Shown here piece by piece: positions 52,804 through 62,246 of a stretch of DNA of 64,000 bases. The notes below the pieces were generated by a model. The model worked only from the letters and a program-made list of their open reading frames with translations, made no database searches and was not told where the DNA came from. The stretch is from Acidimicrobiales bacterium. Its GTDB lineage: Bacteria; Actinomycetota; Acidimicrobiia; Acidimicrobiales; SHLQ01. Both the position numbers and the translations under genes were made by a program. The stretch is from contig JAHDCX010000006.1 of assembly GCA_020629635.1 (NCBI GenBank), forward strand, positions 92,012 to 156,011, written 5' to 3'. Within the stretch, counting starts at the first letter, position 1. The number at the start of each line of letters is the position of its first letter.

Positions 52804-54534
52804 ATGGGACTTCGAGAGACCGACATCACACGACGGTGGCCAGACGGCTTGGTGCCCTACGAGATCGACAGCGGCTTCTCTGCGGCACAACGCCAAGAGA
52901 TCCTCGATGCCATCGACCTGGTGAACCGAAGCACCAACGCCACCTTTGCGCCACGCGACGGCGAGGCCGACTTTGCCCGCTTCGCGCCCGCATCCGGGAG
53001 CTGCGGAACGCGGACAGGCCGTGACCCAGGAGCAAACACGATCAGTTGTGATCTGAGCACGTTCTCGACCGGCAACGTGGCTCACGAGATGTTGCACGAA
53101 CTCGGGCATCATCACGAACACGTGCGTGAGGACCGAGACACGTTCGTCACGATCCAGTGGGCAAACATTCAGGCGGACCGCTGCGGCAACTTCAAGCGCA
53201 AGGTCGATCCTGAACCAGCCAACTACGACGACTGTGCCGATACCTACGATCCGGCGACGCAGACGCTGAGGACCGAAGACGTTGGCACCTACGACTACGG
53301 ATCGATCATGCACTACGGCGAGACGTTCTTCCTTGCGTCGGGCGCCACGGGCCAGACGATCACGCCGATCAATCCGGCCGGTGCCGCGATCGGGCAACGG
53401 GCCGCACTGAGCGACGGCGACATCGCCACGGTCAACGACACCTACGACACGGCAGCGATCTACGTGCGGGACAACCTCACCGACGACGGGGAGGAGCCCC
53501 TCGTCGGAGGCGGCCTGTCGCGCAGTCCCGACATCATCCACGTGCCCGACGAGCCTGCGGACGCGCAAACCCTCTACTCGACTCCTGCCGCAATGGCCGC
53601 CGACAACCTGTCGGAGGACGTCGAGTTCGGCCAGACGAACTTCGTCTACGTCCGTCTCCAAAAGAACGGCACGTTGACCGACACCGCCAACGTCGATCTC
53701 TATTGGACCGAACCCTCCACGCTTCCGTCGCCGACGAGCTGGACGCAGATCGGAACGACGCAGACGGAGGCGGCAATCGCTCCCGGCGAGATTCGAATCG
53801 TCGGTCCATTCCTGTTCAACGACGTGCCCGCTGAGGGCCACTACTGCTTTGTCGCAGTCGTCGGGAGCCGGAAGAACCCGGCTCCCGACCTCGCCAGCAT
53901 CTCCACTGGGTCCGACTTCCACGACCTCGTACGGGCAAAGAGCAACCTCGCGTGGAAGAACTTCGACGTGGTCAACGTCGAGGAAGGCGGCGACACCGAC
54001 ATGGACTTCCACGTCCAGAACATGCGCGGTCGATCAGACGACAACTCGCTGGAGCTCGATCTTTCCTCGCTCCCGGCGTCGGTGACGGCGCACGTGCGAA
54101 TGGTCTCGAGGCTTGCCAAAGCGGGGCAGCTCCGCAAGCTCCAGATCGCCCAAGAATCCGCTCGCCAGACCACGATGGCCACCACCGGTTCGTTCGGGGT
54201 GCACGCCATCGATGGCATGACCCTTCCGTCTCGCGACGACACGATCGTCCGGCTGTCGATCGACGTTCCCGAAGGCACGCCGCACGGCGCCTATGACATC
54301 TCCGCTCGCCAAACCCAGAACGGCCGCGAGGTTGGTCGAGTCACCCGGCGCCTCACCGTCGGGCGCTTTCCCTTCATCGGCAACCGACGTTCGATGGAGC
54401 TCCACCGAGCGAACTGTCCGTGGATCCCGAAGATGTCGCCACGCAACAAGGTGCCGTTCGATTCGCTCGAGCGGGGGTTGCGGCGCGGCTTCGACGGGTG
54501 CCATACGTGTCTCGAAGAAGAGGACAACGGTTGA
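52804..54534 (+). CDS. Astacin (M12A)-type metalloprotease without signal peptide or prodomain, fused to a beta-rich middle region and a C-terminal Ada-like Cys-rich Zn module
   Basis: RWPDGLVPYEI at residues 10-20. HEMLHELGHHHEHVREDRD (HExxHxxGxxHE...R.DRD). Met-turn SIMHY. C-terminal ELHRANCPWIPKMSPRNKVPFDSLERGLRRGFDGCHTC. Confidence 0.8.
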   Translation: MGLRETDITRRWPDGLVPYEIDSGFSAAQRQEILDAIDLVNRSTNATFAPRDGEADFARFAPASGSCGTRTGRDPGANTISCDLSTFSTGNVAHEMLHELGHHHEHVREDRDTFVTIQWANIQADRCGNFKRKVDPEPANYDDCADTYDPATQTLRTEDVGTYDYGSIMHYGETFFLASGATGQTITPINPAGAAIGQRAALSDGDIATVNDTYDTAAIYVRDNLTDDGEEPLVGGGLSRSPDIIHVPDEPADAQTLYSTPAAMAADNLSEDVEFGQTNFVYVRLQKNGTLTDTANVDLYWTEPSTLPSPTSWTQIGTTQTEAAIAPGEIRIVGPFLFNDVPAEGHYCFVAVVGSRKNPAPDLASISTGSDFHDLVRAKSNLAWKNFDVVNVEEGGDTDMDFHVQNMRGRSDDNSLELDLSSLPASVTAHVRMVSRLAKAGQLRKLQIAQESARQTTMATTGSFGVHAIDGMTLPSRDDTIVRLSIDVPEGTPHGAYDISARQTQNGREVGRVTRRLTVGRFPFIGNRRSMELHRANCPWIPKMSPRNKVPFDSLERGLRRGFDGCHTCLEEEDNG

Positions 54535-54550
54535 CGTCTACTGTTGGGTC

Positions 54551-54874
54551 ATGAACGCACCACAGGGATGGACATTCGCCGATTCGAACGCGCTCGACTG
54601 GCAGCCAATGGGTGATTCGTACGCGATGAAGCTGCTCGGGGTCGCCGACGGCAAGATGCTTGCGATGTTCCGTTTCGAACCCGGCTTCGATGGCGCAGCG
54701 CATCCACACAACGAACCGGAGTTCACCTACGTGCTCGAGGGATCGATCGTCTCCAATGGTGTCCAGATGGAGGCCGGACACGGCTATGCCGCCGTCGCCG
54801 GAACGACACACGAGGAGTTCCGGACCGACACGGGCTGCACCGTCGTCTCCGTCTTCGCGGCTCCAAGCGGCTGA
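54551..54874 (+). CDS. Small cupin-domain protein (ChrR-like cupin)
   Basis: Start ATG 54551 (MNAPQGW). AHPHNEPEFTYVLEG...TTHEEF. Confidence 0.65.
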   Translation: MNAPQGWTFADSNALDWQPMGDSYAMKLLGVADGKMLAMFRFEPGFDGAAHPHNEPEFTYVLEGSIVSNGVQMEAGHGYAAVAGTTHEEFRTDTGCTVVSVFAAPSG

Positions 54875-54876
54875 GC

Positions 54877-57078
54877 TCAGGCGGCGACCGAGGCCGAGGC
54901 GGGACCGTCCTCGAACAGGGGATGGATCGTGCCGAAGCTCCGGCAAACCTCCGAAGCTCGCATTGGCCGGGCAAGAAGAAAGCCCTGGAGCACGTCGTAG
55001 TCGAGGTCCGCCACCAGGCCGAACGCCTCGACCGTCTCAACGCCTTCGAGGACGACGTTCAGCCCGAGATCCTTTCCGAGGCTGACGATGCCACGGAGCA
55101 GTCGGCTCTGACGCCGGTCGTTGACTGCGGCGGCGATGAAGCTCCGGTCGACCTTGACTTGATCGACCGCCAGGTCGTGGAGATAGCTGAGCGACGAGTA
55201 TCCGGTGCCGAAATCGTCGATCGAGAGTCGTACGCCGAGAGCGGTGAGGCCGTCGAGCACCGTCTTGTGCCATCCGGTCGCATCGGGGACCAACACGCTC
55301 TCGGTCAGCTCGAGACAGAGCCGGCCGCGAGCGACGGGATGTGCTGCGAGGAGCTCGGCAACCTGGTCGACAAAGTCGGGGCGCCGAAGCTGAATGGTCG
55401 AGACATTCATCGAGACGATCGGGACGTCGATACCGGCAGCAGCCCATTCGGTGATTTGACGACAGGACTCGGCGAGGACCCAAGCGCCGAGCTCGCCGAT
55501 CAGACCGGTGCTCTCCGCGATCGGAATGAACTCCGACGGAGGAATCGGTCCTTCGACGGGGTGGTCCCACCGCGCGAGCCCCTCGACGGCGACGACGTGA
55601 CCCGCATTGTCGTACAGCGGCTGGTACGCGACCCAGAGCTCGTCGTCGTCGAGGGCCCTCCTCAGCTGCGACGTGAGGTGAACCTGGCGTTCGAACGAGG
55701 CAGACAGATGAGGCTCGTACACCATCGACCTGCTACTCCGGAGCCGCTTGACCTCGTAGAGGGCAAGGTCGGCGTGACTCATCGCGTCTGCTGACGTGCG
55801 GCCGTGGTCGGGGATGACAACGACCCCCACACTCGCGGTCACCCGCGCTTCACCAGAGGAGGTCTCGAAGTCGCCTGACACGCAGCGGTGCAGTCGATCG
55901 ATCAACTCGTCGACTCCCGCAACGGGGCGGGGGCCGATCGCCGAGAGAATGGCGAACTCGTCGCCACCCAATCGGGCGACGAACTCACCAGCGCCGGACG
56001 CAGTGGTCAAGGCTGCGGCGATCGTGCTCAAGAGCTCGTCACCGGCTTGATGGCCAAGGCCGTCGTTCACCTTCTTGAAACCGTCGAGATCGAGGATCGC
56101 CAGCGCGAAGCCGTCATCCGAACTCTCGATCGCCTCGAATCGGCGGTCGAGCTCCTCGATCAGGGCGGCACGATTCGCCACATTCGTGAGGGCATCGGTG
56201 TACGCCTGGTGCTCGAGGGTCTCGCGAAGCTCGGCGACCTTCGCGAGGCCCTTCGCGAGATCGCCGATCTCGTCGCGTCGTGACGTCAGCGAGGTGGGAG
56301 GACGGTCCGTGTTCCCTGCAGATCCGAGGGAATGGGCGATACCGCTCAGCCGATGGAGCGGGCGGAAGGACAGAAACATGACGACGACCCCGACGGTTCC
56401 GAGGACCGCAAGGAGGCCGACGGCAAGAGCGATCGCATCGTCCGTGGCTTCGCCGTTGATCCGGTCCAGGTCGTCCACCCACCCGACGTCCACGGCGAAG
56501 ATCCCTGTCACCGACCCGTCAGGCGCGGTGACCGGCGTGAGGTACGCCATCCGTAGCCGGCCGGCCACAGGGACCTCTCCAACGAAGGGTTCGATCGACA
56601 TGATCGCGTCGTAGGCCGGGTGCGCAGCGCCGATCAGGCCCGGCTCGACGGCAGAACCCCCGACCCGTTCGCCCTCGGGAGTCCGAAACGTCGTCGAGAG
56701 ACGATCGAACGATGAGGTCTCGGATGAGAAGCGGAAGAGGTTGGCGGCGCCCTGATTGATCCCACCGATGTCATCGACGAGGTCGTCCCACACCGGGCCG
56801 GGCCGCATCATCTCTGCGGGAATCTCGATCGAGAGGGGAGAGCCGTTGCCGTCTCGCTGGACAGTCGATCCTTCGACTCGCTCCGTCAGCAGCGTCGCAG
56901 CGGCGCGACCAGCCCGATCCACCCTGACAGCGGTGTTCTCCGCGTTGATTTCGCGTAATTGGCCGAGTCCGAGCATCGTCAAGATCCCGAGGACGAGGGC
57001 CCCAACCACGATGAAGTAGCCCGTCGTGCGCGCCGGAAACCTCCACCCAGATGGACGAGACGGCGCGCCAGCTTCCAC
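54877..57078 (-). CDS. Membrane sensor GGDEF-EAL protein (extracytoplasmic Cache-like domain)
   Basis: Likely GTG start at 57078 just before the TM helix GYFIVVGALVLGILTMLGLG. Periplasmic domain, second TM, HAMP-like linker, GGDEF (RLGGDEFAIL), EAL domain (EGLARW, ELTES, DDFGTGYSS). The rest of ORF 54877..58389 is a spurious extension antisense to the next gene. Confidence 0.85.
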   Translation of the reverse strand: MEAGAPSRPSGWRFPARTTGYFIVVGALVLGILTMLGLGQLREINAENTAVRVDRAGRAAATLLTERVEGSTVQRDGNGSPLSIEIPAEMMRPGPVWDDLVDDIGGINQGAANLFRFSSETSSFDRLSTTFRTPEGERVGGSAVEPGLIGAAHPAYDAIMSIEPFVGEVPVAGRLRMAYLTPVTAPDGSVTGIFAVDVGWVDDLDRINGEATDDAIALAVGLLAVLGTVGVVVMFLSFRPLHRLSGIAHSLGSAGNTDRPPTSLTSRRDEIGDLAKGLAKVAELRETLEHQAYTDALTNVANRAALIEELDRRFEAIESSDDGFALAILDLDGFKKVNDGLGHQAGDELLSTIAAALTTASGAGEFVARLGGDEFAILSAIGPRPVAGVDELIDRLHRCVSGDFETSSGEARVTASVGVVVIPDHGRTSADAMSHADLALYEVKRLRSSRSMVYEPHLSASFERQVHLTSQLRRALDDDELWVAYQPLYDNAGHVVAVEGLARWDHPVEGPIPPSEFIPIAESTGLIGELGAWVLAESCRQITEWAAAGIDVPIVSMNVSTIQLRRPDFVDQVAELLAAHPVARGRLCLELTESVLVPDATGWHKTVLDGLTALGVRLSIDDFGTGYSSLSYLHDLAVDQVKVDRSFIAAAVNDRRQSRLLRGIVSLGKDLGLNVVLEGVETVEAFGLVADLDYDVLQGFLLARPMRASEVCRSFGTIHPLFEDGPASASVAA

Positions 57079-57156
57079 AGTTCTTGATCGGCTCTTGACG
57101 GAGTGCTCTGTAGCGCCGTGACGAACCGCTCTGCCGGGCTGGGCCAGACTCCACTC

Positions 57157-58722
57157 ATGGCTGAAATGCGTCGAGCAGCAGACGACCAGACCTTTCATGA
57201 CGACATCGAGGCCTATGTCGGTGCATTGAGCGCGCGCGTGGGGGATCCCGTGCCGCTGCACGTGTCGACACGGTCTCGGTCCTGGTCCCTTCGGATCGAG
57301 CGCTGGGGTGCCTCCCGCGAGCTCATATTCGAGGCGACAGGGCTTCCGGGCGAGTTCCACGAGCCGCCAGAGGATGCAGACTCGAACGGGTGTGGATGGC
57401 CCGTCGCTTTCCAGATCGACACGACCGGCTGGTCGCCCGGATTCCATCTCGTGACGCTGACCGCAGCCGACGCTGCGCCCGGCCGGGAGCACTCGCATGC
57501 CGGCTTCGTGCTTCGGAGCGCCCTGCCGGTCCAGCAGCGACCGTCGATTCTGCATGTCGTACCGACCAACACCTGGAACGCCTACAACACCTGGGGCGGA
57601 AAGAGCCTGTACACCGGCGGGACCGCAGTCTCGTTCCATCGTCCTTTCGCCAGAGGGATGTTGTGGCGACCGACCGTGGATCGTGACGACCGCAAGGCGA
57701 GGCCGACCCGACACGGAGAAACGCCCGATGTGGACGGGCGTATCTTCCAGGCGTATCGAACCGAGCATGGCTATCCGTCGGCGATCGGTTCGACCGGTTG
57801 GTTCAGCCACGGCCGGCGATTTGTCGAGTGGGCAGAAGCCGACGGGCTTCAGCTCGACACCGCGGTCTCCAGCGATCTCGCCGACGTGCCAGATCTGCTC
57901 GAAGGGCGAGAGGTCGTCGTGCTCGTCGGCCACGACGAGTACTGGGCGGCAGATGAGCGGCTGGCGCTCGAACGCCACGTCGCGGCTGGCGGCCGGCTCG
58001 TCTCCCTGTCCGGCAACACGATGTTCTGGCGCGTCCGCCACAGCACGGGCACGCACGGTCCGACGATGGTCTGTCACAAGTACCGCGGGCACCTCGACGA
58101 CCTCGGCGAGCGAGACCCGGTCCACCCGGGCCCGAGCACCGGGATGTGGGCCGACCCGTCGATCGGCAAACCCGAGTGGCAGCTCCTCGGCGCCGGATCT
58201 GCCTTTGGCCTGTACCACCGGTTCGGTCGGGCGACGCCTCGCGGGACCGGAGGACATCTCGTGGGCCGGCCTGACCATTGGCTTCTGGCCGGTACCGATT
58301 TGCGCTACGGCGACGTCATCGGCGCACCGGACGGCGTCGTCGGCTACGAAACGGTTGGCTGCCCCCTCACGCTCGATGAGTTTCACCAACCGGTGCCATC
58401 AGAGGTTGCCCACTCGTACGGGGTGCCACGTGACACCGAGATCGTGGCATGGTGCCCGGCGAGCAATGTCGGAGTCGGCGAGTACCCGGCGTCCATCGCG
58501 GCGCTCAGCGACCAAGGAGATCTCGAGTTCATCGCCGAACGGATCTTTGGCGACCGTGATGACTCGATTCGGAGGGCAAGGAACGGTACGTCGGTGATTG
58601 CCACGGTCGGCGGCGACCAGGTGGTCACCATTGGGACGACCGACTGGGTGTTCGGACTGGCCAGCGACCCACACGTCGCCCAAATTACGCGGAACGCGCT
58701 CGCCGGCCGCCCTGTCACCTGA
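57157..58722 (+). CDS. N,N-dimethylformamidase large-subunit-like family protein
   Basis: Start ATG 57157 (MAEMRRAADD). PTNTWNAYNTWGGKSLY and the overall pattern resemble the DmfA2-type family. Assignment from memory. Confidence 0.65.
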   Translation: MAEMRRAADDQTFHDDIEAYVGALSARVGDPVPLHVSTRSRSWSLRIERWGASRELIFEATGLPGEFHEPPEDADSNGCGWPVAFQIDTTGWSPGFHLVTLTAADAAPGREHSHAGFVLRSALPVQQRPSILHVVPTNTWNAYNTWGGKSLYTGGTAVSFHRPFARGMLWRPTVDRDDRKARPTRHGETPDVDGRIFQAYRTEHGYPSAIGSTGWFSHGRRFVEWAEADGLQLDTAVSSDLADVPDLLEGREVVVLVGHDEYWAADERLALERHVAAGGRLVSLSGNTMFWRVRHSTGTHGPTMVCHKYRGHLDDLGERDPVHPGPSTGMWADPSIGKPEWQLLGAGSAFGLYHRFGRATPRGTGGHLVGRPDHWLLAGTDLRYGDVIGAPDGVVGYETVGCPLTLDEFHQPVPSEVAHSYGVPRDTEIVAWCPASNVGVGEYPASIAALSDQGDLEFIAERIFGDRDDSIRRARNGTSVIATVGGDQVVTIGTTDWVFGLASDPHVAQITRNALAGRPVT

Positions 58723-58809
58723 ACTCCCTGTCACCTGAACGCCCTGGTTTCGCTCACGCTCGATCCGGGCTACAACGGAGACACGCCGCCAGCTGCACCT
58801 GAGGATTCC

Positions 58810-60228
58810 GTGACCGCAACGCTCGAGCCGAACACCGACCTGTTGACCGATCCCGACGACGTCGCGCAGGCGATTGCCAGAACGCGTTCGAGCTTCGCTC
58901 GAGGAACGACGAAACCACTCGCATGGCGGTACGAGCAGCTCGACGCCATGCGAGCGCTTCTCGAGGAGAACGAAGAAGCGCTGATCGATGCACTCCGAGT
59001 CGACCTGGGCAAATCGCCCATCGAGTCCTTTGCGACCGACATCGGGTTCGTGCTCAACGACCTCGCCCACCTCCGGCGTCGGCTGAAGGCGTGGACGAAG
59101 ACGCGCAGGGTCCGGGTCCAAGCGGCCCTGCTGCCCGGAAGAGCAATGATCCGGTCAGAGCCCAAGGGCACCGTGCTCATCATCGGTCCGTGGAACTACC
59201 CCGTTCAGCTGATCCTCGTTCCGCTCGCCGCCGCGATCGCTGCTGGGAACAGCGTCGTCGTCAAGCCCTCCGAACTGTCGCCCGCAACCTCAGCCCTGCT
59301 CACCGAACTCGCCGAGCGATACCTCGACAACGAGTCGATCGCCTTCGTCAATGGCGGGGTGCCCGTCGCGACCGAACTTCTCCGGGAGCCCTGGGACCAC
59401 ATCTTCTTCACCGGAAGCACCGAGGTCGGCCGAATCGTCATGCGTGCTGCTGCGGAGCATCTCACGCCTGTCACGCTCGAGCTCGGCGGAAAGAGTCCCA
59501 CGATCGTCGCGGCCGACGCCGACATCGAGGTGGCCGCCAAACGGATCGCTTGGGGAAAGTGTCTCAACGCCGGCCAGACGTGCATTGCGCCCGACTACGT
59601 CCTCGTCGAGCGCAGTCGCCACGACGAACTGGTCGAACGACTCGGCGAGGCCATCGAAGCGTTCTATGGCGTCGACGCGTCTACCTCGCCCGACTACGGA
59701 CGGATCATCAACGACGGACACTTCGATCGGCTGGTCGGCCTGCTCGACGGGGAGGCGGCAGGGAGCACGGCGGTTGGTGGGACCATCGACCGAGCGGAGC
59801 GGTTCATCGCGCCGACCGTCCTCACAGGCACGGCCTCGGAAGCGGCCGTCATGCAAGAAGAGATCTTCGGTCCCGTACTCCCGGTCCTCGCCGTCGACTC
59901 GATCGAGGACGCGATCACCTTCGTCACCGATCGCCCGAAGCCGCTCGCGCTGTACGTCTTCGCCAAGGCGAAGGCCACCATCGACGCCGTCCTCGACCGC
60001 ACCTCATCGGGCGGCGTCGGAATCAACAACACGCTGCTCCACGTCGCACCATCGGACCTGCCTTTCGGCGGCGTTGGGCCAAGCGGCATGGGCGCCTACC
60101 ACGGCAAGGCGGGCTTCGACGCGTTCAGCCACGCCAAGCCGATCTACGCTCGGCCCACCTGGCTCGATCCCGACATTGCCTATCCGCCGTACACCGATCT
60201 CAAGGCGAAGATCCTTCGAAAGATCTGA
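58810..60228 (+). CDS. NAD(P)-dependent aldehyde dehydrogenase (class-3-like)
   Basis: GPWNYP, VVVKPSE, FTGST, LELGGKSP, NAGQTCIAPDY (catalytic Cys). Confidence 0.9.
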   Translation: MTATLEPNTDLLTDPDDVAQAIARTRSSFARGTTKPLAWRYEQLDAMRALLEENEEALIDALRVDLGKSPIESFATDIGFVLNDLAHLRRRLKAWTKTRRVRVQAALLPGRAMIRSEPKGTVLIIGPWNYPVQLILVPLAAAIAAGNSVVVKPSELSPATSALLTELAERYLDNESIAFVNGGVPVATELLREPWDHIFFTGSTEVGRIVMRAAAEHLTPVTLELGGKSPTIVAADADIEVAAKRIAWGKCLNAGQTCIAPDYVLVERSRHDELVERLGEAIEAFYGVDASTSPDYGRIINDGHFDRLVGLLDGEAAGSTAVGGTIDRAERFIAPTVLTGTASEAAVMQEEIFGPVLPVLAVDSIEDAITFVTDRPKPLALYVFAKAKATIDAVLDRTSSGGVGINNTLLHVAPSDLPFGGVGPSGMGAYHGKAGFDAFSHAKPIYARPTWLDPDIAYPPYTDLKAKILRKI

Positions 60229-60244
60229 GTCCGACGAATCCAGG

Positions 60245-60700
60245 TCACTTTCGTCGACGTGGCCTCTGGCCGACGCGCTCAATGAGCCGACCGAGCGGCC
60301 CGACGTAATTGCGCGGAACACCAAACTCGCGGCCATCGATGACGACCCGGCCCGAGGGCCAGTTCGATTCGACGACAAGCTCCTGGGGGCGGTCGATGCG
60401 CATCGGCTCGCCGACGGTCATTCCGCCAGTCGCCGCGGCAGAGTACAGCTCCGTGCCGTGGTTGGGCACCAGCGACGCGAGGAACAGCCCTCCCGCAGAC
60501 TCGAACAGGGCGTGGTGGTCGACGTTCTTCATCCGGAAGCGAGGCACGCCCTCGGGCGACGTGACGAGGAGCACGGTGCCCGCCGCTGGCAAGGACGTCT
60601 GCTGCTCGATCAGCTGCTCGACGTCGTACAGAAAGGCCACGCATTCGAGTATGTCCCGCCGTCGATGCGGCCGTCCAACGGCGACTTCGTCACGTCGCAC
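60245..60700 (-). CDS. Hypothetical protein
   Basis: Only non-overlapping ORF filling the gap between the ALDH and methyltransferase genes. No motif recognised. Confidence 0.3.
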   Translation of the reverse strand: MRRDEVAVGRPHRRRDILECVAFLYDVEQLIEQQTSLPAAGTVLLVTSPEGVPRFRMKNVDHHALFESAGGLFLASLVPNHGTELYSAAATGGMTVGEPMRIDRPQELVVESNWPSGRVVIDGREFGVPRNYVGPLGRLIERVGQRPRRRK

Positions 60701-60729
60701 GATTGGGTTCGAACGCTGCGCTTGCCCAG

Positions 60730-61617
60730 TCAGCCGCGGAGCGGTGTCAGCGCCTCGATGTGTTCGGGGAACATCTGGCAGCAGCCGCCGATGATCGTCG
60801 CACCCCGTGCGACCCAGGCGGCGCAGATCTCGTGGTACTCCTCCGGATCCAGATCGGCGCGTCGATCAAGGAGAACCTCGTTGGCGGCGTAGCCCTCGGC
60901 CTTCGACTCAAAGGCGTTCGCATACGCGCCGACACGGAGCGCGGGATCGGCACTGTCGAGGGCCAGGTCGATCGCGTGAGAGATCTGCTCGGGCGGAGAG
61001 CAGTTGAACAGCACTGCGTGGGCTCGACCGTCGACCGCCCGCATGGCTTCGGGGATCGATTCGCCGGAACGAAGGGTGACCTCGGCCATCGGTTCGTCCG
61101 GCACCGTGAACGAGATCCACCGGGGTTTGGTGTCGCCGCAGCGGTCGAGTGCGTCGAGGATTGCGGTCGCTTCGTCGATCGAGCTCACGGTCTCAGCCAA
61201 CCACAGGTCGACGGCCTCGCTCTGGGCGTCGATCAAGAGGTCGTACATCGCTGGCGCATCGCCGGGACGAAACTTGTCCGGTTCGTACGACCCGAAGAGC
61301 GGCGGCAACGAGCCGGCGACCTCGACGTCTCGATCGGCCTCGTCGCATGCACGCCTCGCGAGAAGGCCGGCGAGTGCGGCGAGTTCGTGTCCACTGGCTG
61401 CGAATCGGTCGTCGCCGAGGTGAAATGGCACCACCGCGTAGGCGTTGGTCGTGATGACGTCGGCCCCGGACGTCAGAAAGTCCCGGTGTGCTTGCAGCAC
61501 CGCGCCCGGGGCGTCCATCAATGCGAGCGCCGACCACTCGGGCTGTCGAAACGGTGCGCCAGATCGTTCGAGCAGTTTGCCCATCCCGCCGTCGAGAATC
61601 GTGATCGGACCCGTCAC
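60730..61617 (-). CDS. Homocysteine S-methyltransferase family protein (BHMT/MmuM-like)
   Basis: GTG start at 61617 overlaps the upstream stop (GTGA). ILDGGMG, TTNAY, and C-terminal zinc-ligand GGCC in IIGGCCQM. Confidence 0.85.
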   Translation of the reverse strand: MTGPITILDGGMGKLLERSGAPFRQPEWSALALMDAPGAVLQAHRDFLTSGADVITTNAYAVVPFHLGDDRFAASGHELAALAGLLARRACDEADRDVEVAGSLPPLFGSYEPDKFRPGDAPAMYDLLIDAQSEAVDLWLAETVSSIDEATAILDALDRCGDTKPRWISFTVPDEPMAEVTLRSGESIPEAMRAVDGRAHAVLFNCSPPEQISHAIDLALDSADPALRVGAYANAFESKAEGYAANEVLLDRRADLDPEEYHEICAAWVARGATIIGGCCQMFPEHIEALTPLRG

Positions 61618-62237
61618 CGTCGGGCCTCCCGCATGGCTGCCGAGACTCGTGAGCGTTGTGGCGTAACGGCGTCGAGCCCGTCGGCTGCCCCGTCGATGTC
61701 GGCAGTCGTCTTGTTCTGGCTCAGCTTTCGCTTGGCGACGACCTCGTCGACCATCATCTCCACCCCGACGATGGCCCCCAACAGCTTCTCGACGTAGGCG
61801 GGTGGCGCGTCGGAGACCGACCACGGCTCATCGCGGGCGGCCTCTTGTTCGTCGGTCATGCGGGAGGCCTGTTCGAGGATCCATTCGGGCTCGTCTCGTC
61901 GCTCCACGCGCCCGCGGACGTGTACGACCTCGTAGTTCCAGGTAGGGACCACCTTGCCGGTCTCGGCCTTGGTGGCGTACCACGATGGAGAGATGTACGC
62001 GTCGCTCGGCGTCACGATCAACAAGGCCTCGGCCGGCATGCTGCGAAGCACGGGGTTGGCCTTGGCCAGATGCGCCCGAATCGTCCGTACCCCCGACGTG
62101 TCGGTTTCGATTGAGTACGGCATCGGGGTGGACGCGAGCAGTCCGCCGCCGAGGACGAGATGCCCGAATCCGGTCTGACGGAGAAGTGTTGCGGCAGTGG
62201 CCGGATCGGGCTCAACGAATGCAGGCGGGAGAAACAT
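61614..62237 (-). CDS. PaiB-family FMN-binding putative transcriptional regulator
   Basis: AHLAKANP, AYISPSWY, VPTWNY, KLSQN are characteristic PaiB motifs. Confidence 0.8.
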   Translation of the reverse strand: MFLPPAFVEPDPATAATLLRQTGFGHLVLGGGLLASTPMPYSIETDTSGVRTIRAHLAKANPVLRSMPAEALLIVTPSDAYISPSWYATKAETGKVVPTWNYEVVHVRGRVERRDEPEWILEQASRMTDEQEAARDEPWSVSDAPPAYVEKLLGAIVGVEMMVDEVVAKRKLSQNKTTADIDGAADGLDAVTPQRSRVSAAMREARR

Positions 62238-62246
62238 GGTGGCGCT

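Noticed and set aside
57079-58389. N-terminal 437 aa of the 1,170-aa ORF 54877..58389
   Set aside because: This part overlaps the plus-strand DMFase-like gene, which has clear family motifs. The GGDEF-EAL protein has a natural start (GTG 57078) just before its first TM helix.
59351-60892. 513-aa plus-strand ORF spanning three genes
   Set aside because: It overlaps the aldehyde dehydrogenase in another frame and is antisense to two minus-strand genes. Its composition is Ser/Arg/Pro-rich.
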